From a virus, in the IMG/VR virus record IMGVR_UViG_3300045988_180190: a stretch of 64,000 bases of DNA; one strand, written 5' to 3'. Below, in pieces: positions 16,428-26,727 of this stretch. Numbering within the stretch: the stretch's first letter is position 1; the number at the start of each line of letters is the position of its first letter. Made by a program: the position numbers and the translations under genes. Under the pieces are notes generated by a model. The model was given only the letters and a program-made list of their open reading frames with translations, was not told the DNA's origin and ran no database searches.

Positions 16428-16524
16428 AATTATTATGTTCGAAGATTGATTCTAAAATACAAGTGTGTCAATATATAAATTACACTTTAAACTAAAATTT
16501 TTTATTGATTGTATTACCAAAATA

Positions 16525-16555
16525 AAAATAGGGAACCTAGAAGTTCCCTATTTTT
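16525..16555 (-). terminator. hairpin terminator
   Basis: AAAAATAGGGAAC-ctagaa-GTTCCCTATTTTT. Confidence 0.75.
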
Positions 16556-16578
16556 AATTAACTTTAAATAGTAAAATA

Positions 16579-17700
16579 CTAAAAAGTATTTCCAGACTGA
16601 TGGGTACTCATATAATTTGAAGGTCGGGACCTATTTATTGCATATTCGTATAGCCTATTCACAGCACTAGGGTCAGATAACATGGAATTCGCTTGTAAAG
16701 AAGGTGCACGTCTTGATCTTCCTTGCGGGTCGATAAAACTTACAGTGGAAGCAACTTCGTACCTAGGAGTTATTAAGCCCATCATTTCTAAAACTGTAGG
16801 TCCATATTTATTGAGCAGTGACCCTACATAGGTATCCCAGGATCTATTATCGGGATGAGTTGGCATTGCTGCTCCAGCTACTTCAGCCTTAGCTTCTACA
16901 GGGGTATTGGGCTTTGATTGTGTCTGAATTGACTTTAAAGGTTTCCTTACATCGTCCACAGAATATGCTACTTTATCAAAAGATTCCAAATCTTCCACGG
17001 GATAGCCTTCATTTTCTAAGTCTTTTATATATTTCCTTCTAATAATTCTACCCTGTTCATCTTTATCCTTAAAAAGAATCTCACGTCCTAAGCGACTATA
17101 AAATTGCGGAGATAACTTCTCTTCCGGTATATGCAGTGCAACGTCATTTCCATTATTATTTTTCTTAAATGAATTGTATGCATATAAAGCCGTAAGTAAT
17201 GCAGCAACTCCTCCAAGATAAGGAAGACCCTTGTTTGCCAGGTCCAACCACCTTTTAGAAGTTTCATTACCCATTGCAGCAATATCCTTATTTTGTATGG
17301 CAGCTGCTAATTGGTTCTTTGTAATCTCAACATTTTTATCAGCTAAGTCATTCTGAATTTTAGTATAATCAGAAATTGATCTCTCTACCGCATTTAAGGA
17401 ATTACTAACATCCTTGGCACGCTCTAACCCTACTAAAGCCCCTTGCTTCATGCCTAGCAGACCCAACAAACCCGCGATACCTAGTCCGCGAGTCTTGGGG
17501 CTAACCAAAGATCCGCCTATAACTGCACCAAGTCCGGGTCCCATCAAGCTAGTAAGGTGCCTAGTCTGATCGTGTTCATATAATTTTTGATTTTCCCAAC
17601 GAGCTAAACCCTCACCCGCAATGCCCCCAGCAACGACTCCGGCCGTTGTTGGAGAAGCTATGGACTTAAAAAGTTTTGTTAGTATTCGAGATTTTGGCAT
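16579..17700 (-). CDS. glycine-zipper protein (possible internal/ejected virion protein)
   Basis: GVVAGGIAGEG and GPGLGAVIGGSLV...GLGIAGLLGLLG segments. Confidence 0.6.
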   Translation of the reverse strand: MPKSRILTKLFKSIASPTTAGVVAGGIAGEGLARWENQKLYEHDQTRHLTSLMGPGLGAVIGGSLVSPKTRGLGIAGLLGLLGMKQGALVGLERAKDVSNSLNAVERSISDYTKIQNDLADKNVEITKNQLAAAIQNKDIAAMGNETSKRWLDLANKGLPYLGGVAALLTALYAYNSFKKNNNGNDVALHIPEEKLSPQFYSRLGREILFKDKDEQGRIIRRKYIKDLENEGYPVEDLESFDKVAYSVDDVRKPLKSIQTQSKPNTPVEAKAEVAGAAMPTHPDNRSWDTYVGSLLNKYGPTVLEMMGLITPRYEVASTVSFIDPQGRSRRAPSLQANSMLSDPSAVNRLYEYAINRSRPSNYMSTHQSGNTF

Positions 17701-17701
17701 A

Positions 17702-18142
17702 TTATACCTTCCACTTAAACGTTATCTCTCTAGCCACTTTTGCACTAGGTGGAGTTTTGGGAGTAATTTGAAAAGAAGGAGGCTTAGGAAGCCCGGCAGG
17801 AGCCGCAGAAGATGGGTTCATGCCTAAGTTCTGAGGTTTGCTTGCAAAATTTGCTACGTTCTGCTTCCATCGATCCGTAGGAGACTGTGGCATGGCAGCC
17901 TGTTGCTTTGCGGACTCGGCTTCCGCCTTGCGTTTTTGCTCTAAAGCTTCCTGTTCCTTTTTTGCTGCTTCGTCTAAGCGTTTTTGCTTTAATGACGCCA
18001 ACATTGAATTAAAGCGATCTATACGATAACCTGTATTCTTTACAGAAGGACTTTTGGAATCCGAGTACTTAACATAACCACATTTTAAAAGTGTGGATCG
18101 GAGGAGATCTTTGGCCGTATTTTCTATGTATAAAGGATTCAT
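17702..18142 (-). CDS. hypothetical coiled-coil protein
   Basis: KQKRLDEAAKKEQEALEQKRKAEAESAKQQAA. Confidence 0.55.
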   Translation of the reverse strand: MNPLYIENTAKDLLRSTLLKCGYVKYSDSKSPSVKNTGYRIDRFNSMLASLKQKRLDEAAKKEQEALEQKRKAEAESAKQQAAMPQSPTDRWKQNVANFASKPQNLGMNPSSAAPAGLPKPPSFQITPKTPPSAKVAREITFKWKV

Positions 18143-18198
18143 AAAATTTTTATAGTAAATATTCTTGCATTATATCTCCTCCAATCGCAAGACTAAAT

Positions 18199-18510
18199 TT
18201 AACCTATTTTACTTTCAATAAATTTTATAAATTCTCTGATCTGAACAATAGGATAATGATGCAGCGGAGTATTTGGTATTCTATCCCCGTTCTTTTTCAA
18301 GACTGAAATCAAAGAATTACCAGGCTTTATGTCCTTGTCTTTAACATGGATTCTAGCAAAACAAATGGCTCCAATATTTCCGGCGGGAATAGCTGGGGGA
18401 TAATCTAAATACGGAGTATCCTCAACGGTTTGCCAGTAGTCCTGCAATATTGGGAGCATTACTGTTGAATAGTACGCGACTTGTGAATCTTTTGTTGTTT
18501 TTTTACTCAT
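18199..18510 (-). CDS. hypothetical protein
   Basis: 103-aa ORF. Confidence 0.55.
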   Translation of the reverse strand: MSKKTTKDSQVAYYSTVMLPILQDYWQTVEDTPYLDYPPAIPAGNIGAICFARIHVKDKDIKPGNSLISVLKKNGDRIPNTPLHHYPIVQIREFIKFIESKIG

Positions 18511-18532
18511 ATTTCCCTTTTTTTAGTTATAG

Positions 18533-18946
18533 TTACTTTGAAAATCCATAGTAGTCGTCTTCGGTACCGAGGTCCAAATTACGCATATTTGTAAAATCTA
18601 GCTCTTCCTCCGGGTCTAGCTTAGCCAATACATCATCTTCAAATACAAGAAATAAAGATTTACCCTGATCTGATACGAATGTTACCTTGTTATTCACAGA
18701 TAAAATTCTATCCCCAACGGATATTCCTAATTCTTTTCCATTTACATTATCAGGAATTTCCACTACGACTCCAGATATCGGAGTATCATTTTTTATCGAA
18801 GGGTTGCTAAACGAATTAAATAAATCCGTTATAACATCACCACTCTCACTTACTTTATCCTTTAATACTAATATCCTTCCATTTGCATGCACACTTGGTA
18901 CATAAGAATGTAAGGCATCCTTATCAATAATAATTTTTTCTGGCAT
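18533..18946 (-). CDS. hypothetical protein, weakly GroES-like
   Basis: ANGRILVLK...SGVVVEIP...VGDRILS...DDVLAKL. Confidence 0.3.
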   Translation of the reverse strand: MPEKIIIDKDALHSYVPSVHANGRILVLKDKVSESGDVITDLFNSFSNPSIKNDTPISGVVVEIPDNVNGKELGISVGDRILSVNNKVTFVSDQGKSLFLVFEDDVLAKLDPEEELDFTNMRNLDLGTEDDYYGFSK

Positions 18947-19549
18947 TTAGTTTAAGTCAGGCAAAAAGCCTATGTTTTTATGGTTAGTCTTATTAGTTAA
19001 AATTGTATCTAAAGATTTAAGATGGGAATACTTAGGTTTTAAAGTACGCTTTCTTCTACCCTTAATCCAACGTAATTCCTCTGGAATATATCCAATGTCC
19101 TGAAAAAATTCACTAGGAACCACTTTATTGACATGCTTATGATATTTCCAAAAAACCAATTTTTGATGGATAGGGAAAATACGGTCGCCCCCAAATCTAT
19201 TATATCCCCCTTTTACATCCACATAAAATTCATCATCTGATAACCTTAATTTACAATAATCACCTAGAACTGAATTATAATACACTTTTGGATTAACTTT
19301 CACCCAAAAATCAGCAGTATAACTGTGCTCTCTATATAAAACCTTCGTGCGTAGTTTTTGCTTACCTGATTTTGTAGATACCACAGTAGTTTCCACTGCT
19401 TTTGGAACAAGCAAAAAAGATTTGGGCTGATATGAAAAATCTATAATCAACCCAAGCCTTTTAGCATCCCTTAAGAAAATATAAAACTGAATTTCTTCTT
19501 CAGAATCAAACTCAATACCCTCATACTTAAGCTTATTCTTGTTTGTCAT
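18947..19549 (-). CDS. putative PD-(D/E)XK nuclease (DUF1064-like resolvase candidate)
   Basis: YTADFWV ... YVDVKGG spacing typical of a D...(D/E)xK core. Confidence 0.35.
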   Translation of the reverse strand: MTNKNKLKYEGIEFDSEEEIQFYIFLRDAKRLGLIIDFSYQPKSFLLVPKAVETTVVSTKSGKQKLRTKVLYREHSYTADFWVKVNPKVYYNSVLGDYCKLRLSDDEFYVDVKGGYNRFGGDRIFPIHQKLVFWKYHKHVNKVVPSEFFQDIGYIPEELRWIKGRRKRTLKPKYSHLKSLDTILTNKTNHKNIGFLPDLN

Positions 19550-19558
19550 CGGAAAGCC

Positions 19559-20851
19559 TTAAAGACCCAAGAAATCGCATACGTGTATATGGGTGGTAAG
19601 TCCGTTATCAAAAGGAAAATCAAAAATTTTTTTATCCAATTTTCCGTCCTTGCGTAACTGTTCCGCAGCTTGTTTCCTAAAGGGCGCAAAGTTATGTGCC
19701 CTACTCAGTACGTTATTTATAGTGCAAATTATAGACATATCAGACTTAGCAAATGCGTCATCCATTGCGGGCTCAATAAGTGAAGCCATCTTATTCTGCA
19801 AGGGAAATGCGTGTAAAACTTGTATTGCCGCAGCAGGAACGACTGCCTCTTTTAAGATTGGATCTTTTGCTATGGCTCCGAATGATAACTCAAGTTTCAA
19901 TGGATCCGAAGCTAATTTAACTGTATCTTCTTGTGAATCAGATATATCAAATAATTCTTCTAATGAGGAAGCTTGCTTTAACAACTTTCCTTTACCGTTG
20001 GCAACATTGTGAACAACGCCCTGTATTCCTAGATTATCCATATTTGTGGTCTCGGAATGATAAGCCAACTTTATAATATTCTCATTGACCTCATCTTTTA
20101 ATAGATCCGTTACTGTAGAAGCAAGTTTTAATGCGGAATCTGCGTCTTCTGCGTTTTCTTCTAAGATACTGCGTAAAACTTCCTCCTTTTCAAGCTGCAT
20201 ATCTTCTCTGCGTTTTCGGTCGTCCGCATACTCCACCGTAGGCTGTGGCACTATTTTTAATGCTTCCTCATAGGCATTTTCAGTATTTAGTAAAGGATAT
20301 TTATCTTTTAATATCTGACGTGTCATTATGGTGGAAGCAAGCCCACCCAAAAGGAGCAACCCCCCGAGTCCCCCTATCATTGTTCCTATTGATCCGTACT
20401 TATTCGTTCTACCACGAGCAATATTACTATCTTGTAAATTCTTTAACAGAAATAGCTGATCATAGTAGTCCTTCATTATATCTGCTTGTTCATCTTTTAG
20501 GGACTGTTTCTTTATATAGTTATAGAGCTTATTAGCTCCATAATAAGATGCACCCAAGGCTAAAATACCACCTAGCACATTTGCCATTGTAGTATAAGCG
20601 TCTCCATACTTATCCTTTTCTGAAGCGGTCTTCACCTCATTGTCTACGTCGTTTAGTAGCAATTCTTTAAGGTCTTTAGGGGTAACATTTGCAGTAACTC
20701 CAGTTACTCTTCGTGTAATTTTTTTCTCAAGCTCTTGCTTACGCTTGAGATCTTTTAACTCCGAAAGAGTATTGATAAGAAGACTTGTTCCCCCACCAAG
20801 AGCTGTGGCGGTTAATATCGTAGATAAAATATTATAATCAGAAGTATTCAT
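19559..20851 (-). CDS. glycine-zipper protein
   Basis: ALGGGTSLL, LGGILALGASYYG and GSIGTMIGGLGGLLLLGGLAS. Confidence 0.6.
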   Translation of the reverse strand: MNTSDYNILSTILTATALGGGTSLLINTLSELKDLKRKQELEKKITRRVTGVTANVTPKDLKELLLNDVDNEVKTASEKDKYGDAYTTMANVLGGILALGASYYGANKLYNYIKKQSLKDEQADIMKDYYDQLFLLKNLQDSNIARGRTNKYGSIGTMIGGLGGLLLLGGLASTIMTRQILKDKYPLLNTENAYEEALKIVPQPTVEYADDRKRREDMQLEKEEVLRSILEENAEDADSALKLASTVTDLLKDEVNENIIKLAYHSETTNMDNLGIQGVVHNVANGKGKLLKQASSLEELFDISDSQEDTVKLASDPLKLELSFGAIAKDPILKEAVVPAAAIQVLHAFPLQNKMASLIEPAMDDAFAKSDMSIICTINNVLSRAHNFAPFRKQAAEQLRKDGKLDKKIFDFPFDNGLTTHIHVCDFLGL

Positions 20852-20854
20852 AAT

Positions 20855-21412
20855 CTAAAGTGGTCTCTTAAATTTAAAAGTGTCATAAACAACCAAAGCA
20901 ATAAAATTTCCAGTTTTTTCAGAAAATTTTATAATACTATTGCGTATTTTTATACAGGCAGCTTCACCCTGAGCCTGATTTAATATATTCTGATAATGGT
21001 CTACATCATCAGCAATAGTAAAATCTAAGACCAATACACGCGTTAAAACACGTTCACACAAGGTAGGGTAAAGCTCCAGCTGATTCTTGATCACTGGCAT
21101 TTTATTCCATTCTGGATAGGACAGTGGTTGTTCCGGTTGTGTGTTATGGTTTGGTTGGTTTGGAATTAAATCCTTTGTGTAGTCGATAAACTCTGGAGGA
21201 TTCTGTGTAACAGTCACTTGTCCGCTTAAATTGGATTGCAAAGACTCTGGAAATACTATATCTGAAGCCTCTGATCCCATCGCAGATTGCCCCAAGGATA
21301 TGCCCTCTCCTGAGGGTGCAAGTTCCTCTATAGGCTGATCTGTTATATTATCTTGCGATACTTTCGTACGAGACATACTTGTCCTCCGGGAGTAAAGATA
21401 ACCCTTCATCAC
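20855..21412 (-). CDS. hypothetical protein (start probably internal, near 21376)
   Basis: 185-aa ORF overlapping the end of 21348..21965. Confidence 0.5.
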   Translation of the reverse strand: MMKGYLYSRRTSMSRTKVSQDNITDQPIEELAPSGEGISLGQSAMGSEASDIVFPESLQSNLSGQVTVTQNPPEFIDYTKDLIPNQPNHNTQPEQPLSYPEWNKMPVIKNQLELYPTLCERVLTRVLVLDFTIADDVDHYQNILNQAQGEAACIKIRNSIIKFSEKTGNFIALVVYDTFKFKRPL

Positions 21413-21965
21413 GCAAACGTCTTGCTACATCTGCAGACAATGTTCTATATGCAATATTTTTTGCCTTTTGCTTTTCAACTTCTGCCGCGTCTTCATTTAC
21501 GCCCTTTTCCGCAAAATAGGCCGAACCGGCAAGAAGTGCTCCTATGATAGGTATGGCCGCCAATGCAACGCCAGGGAAACTGCCTGCAGCAACCGGCAAA
21601 ATTTTTGCCATATTGCTAGCCATCGCCCCACTTGCACACTTTATACTTCCAATAGAGTCTACAGCTGCATTTACACAAGTGGAGACCACGTCTTGAAAGT
21701 AGGAATTCCAGTTATCTTTATTTGCGGAAGCTACTTTAGACAGTACTAAAATTTCCGGAGCATAAGCATGGCTATCTACATTTCTAAACAAATCCGCAAA
21801 AGACGCAGCAATTTTAGTATAAACATTTTCTACAAGATGATCCTGTAAGTCTTGATCTACATCATTATACGTATACACCACGTCAGCGGACAATGCGTCT
21901 GGTGTAACGCCGATAGCAGATAATTCCATGGTAGTGCCAAGTTTTGTAAAAATATTTTCTTTCAT
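21348..21965 (-). CDS. hypothetical protein with a Gly/Ala-rich hydrophobic segment
   Basis: PVAAGSFPGVALAAIPIIGALLAGSAYF. Confidence 0.55.
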   Translation of the reverse strand: MKENIFTKLGTTMELSAIGVTPDALSADVVYTYNDVDQDLQDHLVENVYTKIAASFADLFRNVDSHAYAPEILVLSKVASANKDNWNSYFQDVVSTCVNAAVDSIGSIKCASGAMASNMAKILPVAAGSFPGVALAAIPIIGALLAGSAYFAEKGVNEDAAEVEKQKAKNIAYRTLSADVARRLRDEGLSLLPEDKYVSYESIAR

Positions 21966-21970
21966 AAATT

Positions 21971-22291
21971 TTAAAGTAATCTACCAAAAGTATCTCTAAA
22001 TCCAGAATTTTGTAAAGGATTAAATGCAGGCGGTGCATAGTTATTGGACACACCAAAATTCCTACCAGCCATACCCCCCAATATTGAAAAAATAAGTGTA
22101 CCACCTATACCCATATTTAGAAGCAACTTAGCAATTACAGCCCCAATTCCAGCCCCTACTAATGTAGAGGTTGCGGTATTAATTTGATTTTGCACCCCCT
22201 GAGGAAGTGACTGTAAAAATCCAACCAGAGAAAGTCTTTGGTTGTAGGGAAGTGTAAAATCTTGTAATAATTTTGTCTCTAAATTGTTCAT
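21971..22291 (-). CDS. small glycine-zipper membrane protein
   Basis: LVGAGIGAVIAKLLLNMGIGGTLIFSILGGMAG. Confidence 0.55.
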   Translation of the reverse strand: MNNLETKLLQDFTLPYNQRLSLVGFLQSLPQGVQNQINTATSTLVGAGIGAVIAKLLLNMGIGGTLIFSILGGMAGRNFGVSNNYAPPAFNPLQNSGFRDTFGRLL

Positions 22292-22294
22292 TTG

Positions 22295-23080
22295 TTAGCC
22301 TACGGTTCGATTTTGAGGATGAGATCCAAGAATTGCGCCCAATAACGCCCCAGCACCTCCGGTATATAGTGCTCCTCTCAAGAGCGCTTTCCCTATGGTA
22401 TCTTCTGGGTTACGATACTCTTCGGGAATACCCCAATTATCATACATATGCTTTGCGGCCATAGCTAATGCCCCAGCAGTTCCAAAACTCAGAGCACCCC
22501 CGAGTGCCCCTATCCCCGATCCCTGCTTTGCAGACATTCCTGTGTAGTAAAGTGGATTTATGGGGCGTGTAAAATCAACTAATCGTTTTGTAAGAGGGGT
22601 TAAAGAATCTCCCCCCTTATCTGCTAAAGCATTTTTTGAAGACTCTAATAAGCCTCCTACATCCGAAGATACATATTGCGTAAAAGGTTTTGGTTGGGGT
22701 ATTCGTGAATCTTCAATTGTAGCAGAAGATTTTACCATAGACCTGGGAAATATTTCTTGACCAGCTCCCGTACCTGTACTGACATTCGAGTATTCGTATG
22801 AGTAAAAATTTGGGGGGAAGCGAACGCTAGAACCTGTGTCTATTGCATTTTGTGGAAACTTATTTCCTAAATCAAATTTTAATTTTGTGCTACTGATACG
22901 AGGAAGGCTATTCACCTTCTGCGAATTATCGGCAACACTAAACTCAACGTCAGTGTCTCCATCCTTTATCTGTACAGTGTCCTCTTTAGGTAAGACCTTA
23001 TTAGACGTTTTACCTAATGTAGTACTCTTGAATAATGAAGAAAAAATATCAAAAGGAGATTTATTCTTATCGGAAGTCAT
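22295..23080 (-). CDS. glycine-zipper protein
   Basis: GSGIGALGGALSFGTAGALAMA and YTGGAGALLGAILG. Confidence 0.6.
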   Translation of the reverse strand: MTSDKNKSPFDIFSSLFKSTTLGKTSNKVLPKEDTVQIKDGDTDVEFSVADNSQKVNSLPRISSTKLKFDLGNKFPQNAIDTGSSVRFPPNFYSYEYSNVSTGTGAGQEIFPRSMVKSSATIEDSRIPQPKPFTQYVSSDVGGLLESSKNALADKGGDSLTPLTKRLVDFTRPINPLYYTGMSAKQGSGIGALGGALSFGTAGALAMAAKHMYDNWGIPEEYRNPEDTIGKALLRGALYTGGAGALLGAILGSHPQNRTVG

Positions 23081-23108
23081 AGTTAAATATTCAATTTAAA
23101 TTACTATA

Positions 23109-24896
23109 TTATCCATTTGGATTATACCCATTTTGAGCTTTCATCGCAGCATAGCCCTGGCTACGCATTTGATTGCGCTCCTGGTCCATATAAGCTCTTA
23201 CCATTGAATATAATGTGAAATCCTGTTGCTCAAGAGCTTGAAGTTGTTGTCTTGATTGTCCTACGGGCATAGCTAGAAATTGCTGTGCTATACCCATAGC
23301 TCTCTGCTCCATCGTGAGTACAGAGGTACTAGGAGGTGTGCCCCCAGAAGCCAAAGAATTGTCTTGCAATTCTGCTTCAAGATTCTGACGAGCTTCTTGT
23401 TCTTTTTGAATCTCCTCTTGAACCTTTTGCTGTTCAACTTGTATCTGAGCATCCTCACGCTGCCTTTGTGTAATAGAGCTGATTGGATCTGTGATACCAA
23501 GCGGCTCCATAAAGGTTTTGTATGGAAGCAGTCCTTGTGTACCAAGACTGATCTTTGTTGCTTGGGTGTTTACGTCGTCTATAATTTTGGGTTGTGGCAA
23601 CTCTACTTCAACAGGTTTTTCGTTAAAAATCTGTTGTGTTTTCTTTAAAACCCATTTACCTAACTTATTGAATTGGTTATAAATATACCAAAAATTATTC
23701 TGCAAAAGCTTAAGAGAAGTAGGCAAAATCTGTAAGTCTAAAGACAGATCGTATAACCTAGCGGGGAATCCAGCACCATTTAATAGCTCTTCTTTCTCGG
23801 CATTAATGATGTCCTTGCTTATATATTGTTTACCTGTTCCCCCTAGTTCTTGATAGCTCAAAGCAAAGGGAGCCACCTGCCAAGTTGTGGGATCCGCCCT
23901 ATAGTTAGCGATCATTCTGGTAATTTGGTCTTTAAACATTACTGCATCAAATGATTGTGCAATACTGTCGTTACCCCCTTGTAGTGCATGGGGGTCCATA
24001 GATATAACACGCAGAGGAGTTACATAATCTAAAGCCAACATCTCATCGGCTTTAGAATAAAGCAACATTTTATAAATTACTCGAAAATTTAGTAAAAATT
24101 CTGATATTCCCCAACCATCTCGAGATAACCCGGAGATGGCAGGACCCCTAAAATGGAAAAGCTCACCTTTGTTAAACTTAAAATCCTGGTGGTTATTCAG
24201 TGCCGTGAGCATTGGTCTTGGAATCGTATTGATAACATCTAGCATTCCTCTCTCCACCTGCTCTCTTACATCTTGGTCAAATTTCCATATGTAAGTATTC
24301 TCTCCATTAATACGGCTATGAATAATGCGAATATACCTAGGGTCTATCAGCATTAATCGAAAATTTTCCTTACGTTTATCTATCTTGTCAATAAATTGAC
24401 AAGTAATTGATCCATTAAAGTTATTTTGTATATCTGGTACGGTAAACGTTAGATCCTTGGGATTAAATTTTATCTGGTCTAAATACCCATTAAAATTAGC
24501 AAATGTATAAAATTTCCCCTTAAACTCTGGACGTGGGTCTAATAGGATACGTTCAAATGGTACATAGAGTCTAACAAAAGCATTACCATAACATCCCCAC
24601 TCATCTCCTATATTCTGCATTACTTGTTTTATATCCAGAATATCGTTAAAGAATGCTCTTAATGATTTCTGAGTAGACTCGTCACAATCTTTGAATTCAA
24701 AATCTGAAATAAAAAATGAAGTTAACCTTCGCACAACTTGACGAAATATCGGAACATTTGCATAGAGCCATTGACATAATTCAAACCCCTCGCTTAAAGT
24801 TCTAGGAAACCAAGCCGAAGAAGGCATGAAGACAGGATCCCTAAACTTTGAAGCATAAGGAGAAAAGAAATCTGATAATATTGGTCTATCTGCCAT
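23109..24896 (-). CDS. large virion-module protein, possibly portal
   Basis: Suggested only by its size (595 aa), its position among putative virion genes and its Q/E-rich C-terminal coil. No diagnostic motif. Confidence 0.3.
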   Translation of the reverse strand: MADRPILSDFFSPYASKFRDPVFMPSSAWFPRTLSEGFELCQWLYANVPIFRQVVRRLTSFFISDFEFKDCDESTQKSLRAFFNDILDIKQVMQNIGDEWGCYGNAFVRLYVPFERILLDPRPEFKGKFYTFANFNGYLDQIKFNPKDLTFTVPDIQNNFNGSITCQFIDKIDKRKENFRLMLIDPRYIRIIHSRINGENTYIWKFDQDVREQVERGMLDVINTIPRPMLTALNNHQDFKFNKGELFHFRGPAISGLSRDGWGISEFLLNFRVIYKMLLYSKADEMLALDYVTPLRVISMDPHALQGGNDSIAQSFDAVMFKDQITRMIANYRADPTTWQVAPFALSYQELGGTGKQYISKDIINAEKEELLNGAGFPARLYDLSLDLQILPTSLKLLQNNFWYIYNQFNKLGKWVLKKTQQIFNEKPVEVELPQPKIIDDVNTQATKISLGTQGLLPYKTFMEPLGITDPISSITQRQREDAQIQVEQQKVQEEIQKEQEARQNLEAELQDNSLASGGTPPSTSVLTMEQRAMGIAQQFLAMPVGQSRQQLQALEQQDFTLYSMVRAYMDQERNQMRSQGYAAMKAQNGYNPNG

Positions 24897-25116
24897 GTTC
24901 GTCTTCTGTGGTTGATTCCCTTGGCTGCGCTAAAATATCTATGAAATCTGCCAATAATTCCTTAGAGGTAGGATCTTCTAAGTTTTTTCTATCTTCAGAT
25001 TCTGTAATATTGCTAATTTGCCCATTGGTCAAATTATTAAGAACCTCCTGCGGGTCTTTCTGTACTACGCCTTTTTTAATCATATGAGTTTTGAATTGAA
25101 AATAATACAACAACAC
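24886..25116 (-). CDS. hypothetical protein
   Basis: 76-aa ORF abutting the next gene. Confidence 0.4.
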   Translation of the reverse strand: MLLYYFQFKTHMIKKGVVQKDPQEVLNNLTNGQISNITESEDRKNLEDPTSKELLADFIDILAQPRESTTEDEHGR

Positions 25117-25144
25117 AAATAAAGCTATGTCAACAAAAAAGGCA

Positions 25145-25777
25145 CTAGTCTGTACTGCTTCGTTCCGCAGGTATATAAAATATAAGAATGCTATATACCA
25201 TATCTCCTATGTCCAACGTTATCGCAGAGGATAATACTCTTAAATTAAACGAAGTGAAATCACCTTCTGCCTCACCCGGTAAATTTATAATAACTTCTGT
25301 GCCTGGTGCGATCTCTAAGTTAAAGTCCGAGGGATCTACTACAAGCACACATAAATTACCGTCTAAATGAAATTTTAGAAATTTAAAATTATAATTCACC
25401 AAATTCGGAATGATAAATATCCCAGAAGACTTTGGAGGACATCCGCTATTCGGTTGCTTAGAGTCAGAGGGAATAGATTCTAAATGAGAGAGTAGGGCGT
25501 CCTTAATATCAAATACATCTTTGTGGATAATATTAAGACGCTCCACTAGCATAGAATCATCGAATTTTTCCAATTTAGACTCAGGATGGCTCAAGGGAAT
25601 TGGTGTGGTATTGGTTGGTGTCTCTACTTTGGTATACTCAGGGGAAGGATCCACGGGAAAATTCTTAATAGTTACCCTGCTCTTGACATCTACTGGTTGG
25701 ATAGTCTTTGAGATATTAGCAAAAATATCTAATGGAGGAATGGTGTTATTCTGCGAGGAATCCATTGTACTGATCAA
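25145..25777 (-). CDS. hypothetical protein
   Basis: 210-aa ORF. ATGA overlap with the upstream gene. Confidence 0.6.
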   Translation of the reverse strand: MISTMDSSQNNTIPPLDIFANISKTIQPVDVKSRVTIKNFPVDPSPEYTKVETPTNTTPIPLSHPESKLEKFDDSMLVERLNIIHKDVFDIKDALLSHLESIPSDSKQPNSGCPPKSSGIFIIPNLVNYNFKFLKFHLDGNLCVLVVDPSDFNLEIAPGTEVIINLPGEAEGDFTSFNLRVLSSAITLDIGDMVYSILIFYIPAERSSTD

Positions 25778-26394
25778 ATTGGTTTAACTAAGGTGGTGTT
25801 TAAGTCTATTATTCTTAAATACTTTAAAATTATGTCATATGTCAAGCAGTCATATGCTAAATCTGTGAAATTTTCTACAGGAATCGTATGATCCGCAAGA
25901 CATATATATAACTTATTGTGCCACAACTTGAAATAGATATAAAGTATTTTACCAGGAGATAAATGAATACTTAATTCTGCATGTTTTTTATCCCCATAAA
26001 TGGTAAGATCCATTCTTATGTCTGGAAACTCTCTTGAAAAAAATTTATGTAAAAAACTTAAATTGAGCAAAAAATCCCCATAGCTATAAACAAGGTACTT
26101 AAAAAATAAATTTAAATTATTTTTATCTACTAGATGCTCTGGATTAATTAAATCTGTTATGGGATTAAATGGAACTGTTGTCTTTGAGGGGGTAAGAATG
26201 AAGCTATTTGGATTTAATCCAGTGGATTTAAATATTTTCTCTAGAAGATACAAAGAAGGGGTATCCCTGCATTTAAAATAGTAAATAATATTTCTACTGA
26301 GTCCTATTGATTGTAAATAAGACCGCAATGACATTTTTTTAGTTTTAGCTAAAAACTTTAATGCTGAGTCTAATTTTGGTATATCTACTAACAT
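25774..26394 (-). CDS. putative helix-turn-helix regulator
   Basis: MSLRSYLQSIGLSRNIIYYFKCRDTPSLYLLEKIFKSTGL is XRE-like. The track start at 26415 lies in the terminator T-run, so the Met at 26394 is preferred. Confidence 0.4.
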   Translation of the reverse strand: MLVDIPKLDSALKFLAKTKKMSLRSYLQSIGLSRNIIYYFKCRDTPSLYLLEKIFKSTGLNPNSFILTPSKTTVPFNPITDLINPEHLVDKNNLNLFFKYLVYSYGDFLLNLSFLHKFFSREFPDIRMDLTIYGDKKHAELSIHLSPGKILYIYFKLWHNKLYICLADHTIPVENFTDLAYDCLTYDIILKYLRIIDLNTTLVKPI

Positions 26395-26403
26395 AACAGA
26401 CGC

Positions 26404-26442
26404 AAAAATGCACACACTGCAAGACTTATCAAGCAGTGTGTG
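26404..26442 (-). terminator. hairpin terminator
   Basis: CACACACTGC...GCAGTGTGTG followed by T5 on the minus strand. Confidence 0.6.
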
Positions 26443-26475
26443 CTTAATGAGGTACAGAACAAAAAGGGTTTGAAA

Positions 26476-26691
26476 CTACTTTGCGGAAGAAAGAGTTTCT
26501 CTTATGGCTTTTTTGCAAGCCTCAACGTTTTGATTATAGGCGTCTTGCACATTATCAAAATGTGCTGAAGCTATTTTTGTAACTTCAGGGACTTGCTCTT
26601 TTGAAGCACCTAAAATTTTACATTGATTCTTAAAACCAAGCACATAAGCTTGCTTTATCTGCTTAAGCATTTTATTAAATTTATTGTCCAT
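26476..26691 (-). CDS. hypothetical protein
   Basis: 71-aa ORF. Confidence 0.5.
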   Translation of the reverse strand: MDNKFNKMLKQIKQAYVLGFKNQCKILGASKEQVPEVTKIASAHFDNVQDAYNQNVEACKKAIRETLSSAK

Positions 26692-26727
26692 AGAATTTTT
26701 TATTATTCAATTAAGCAAAATATTAGA

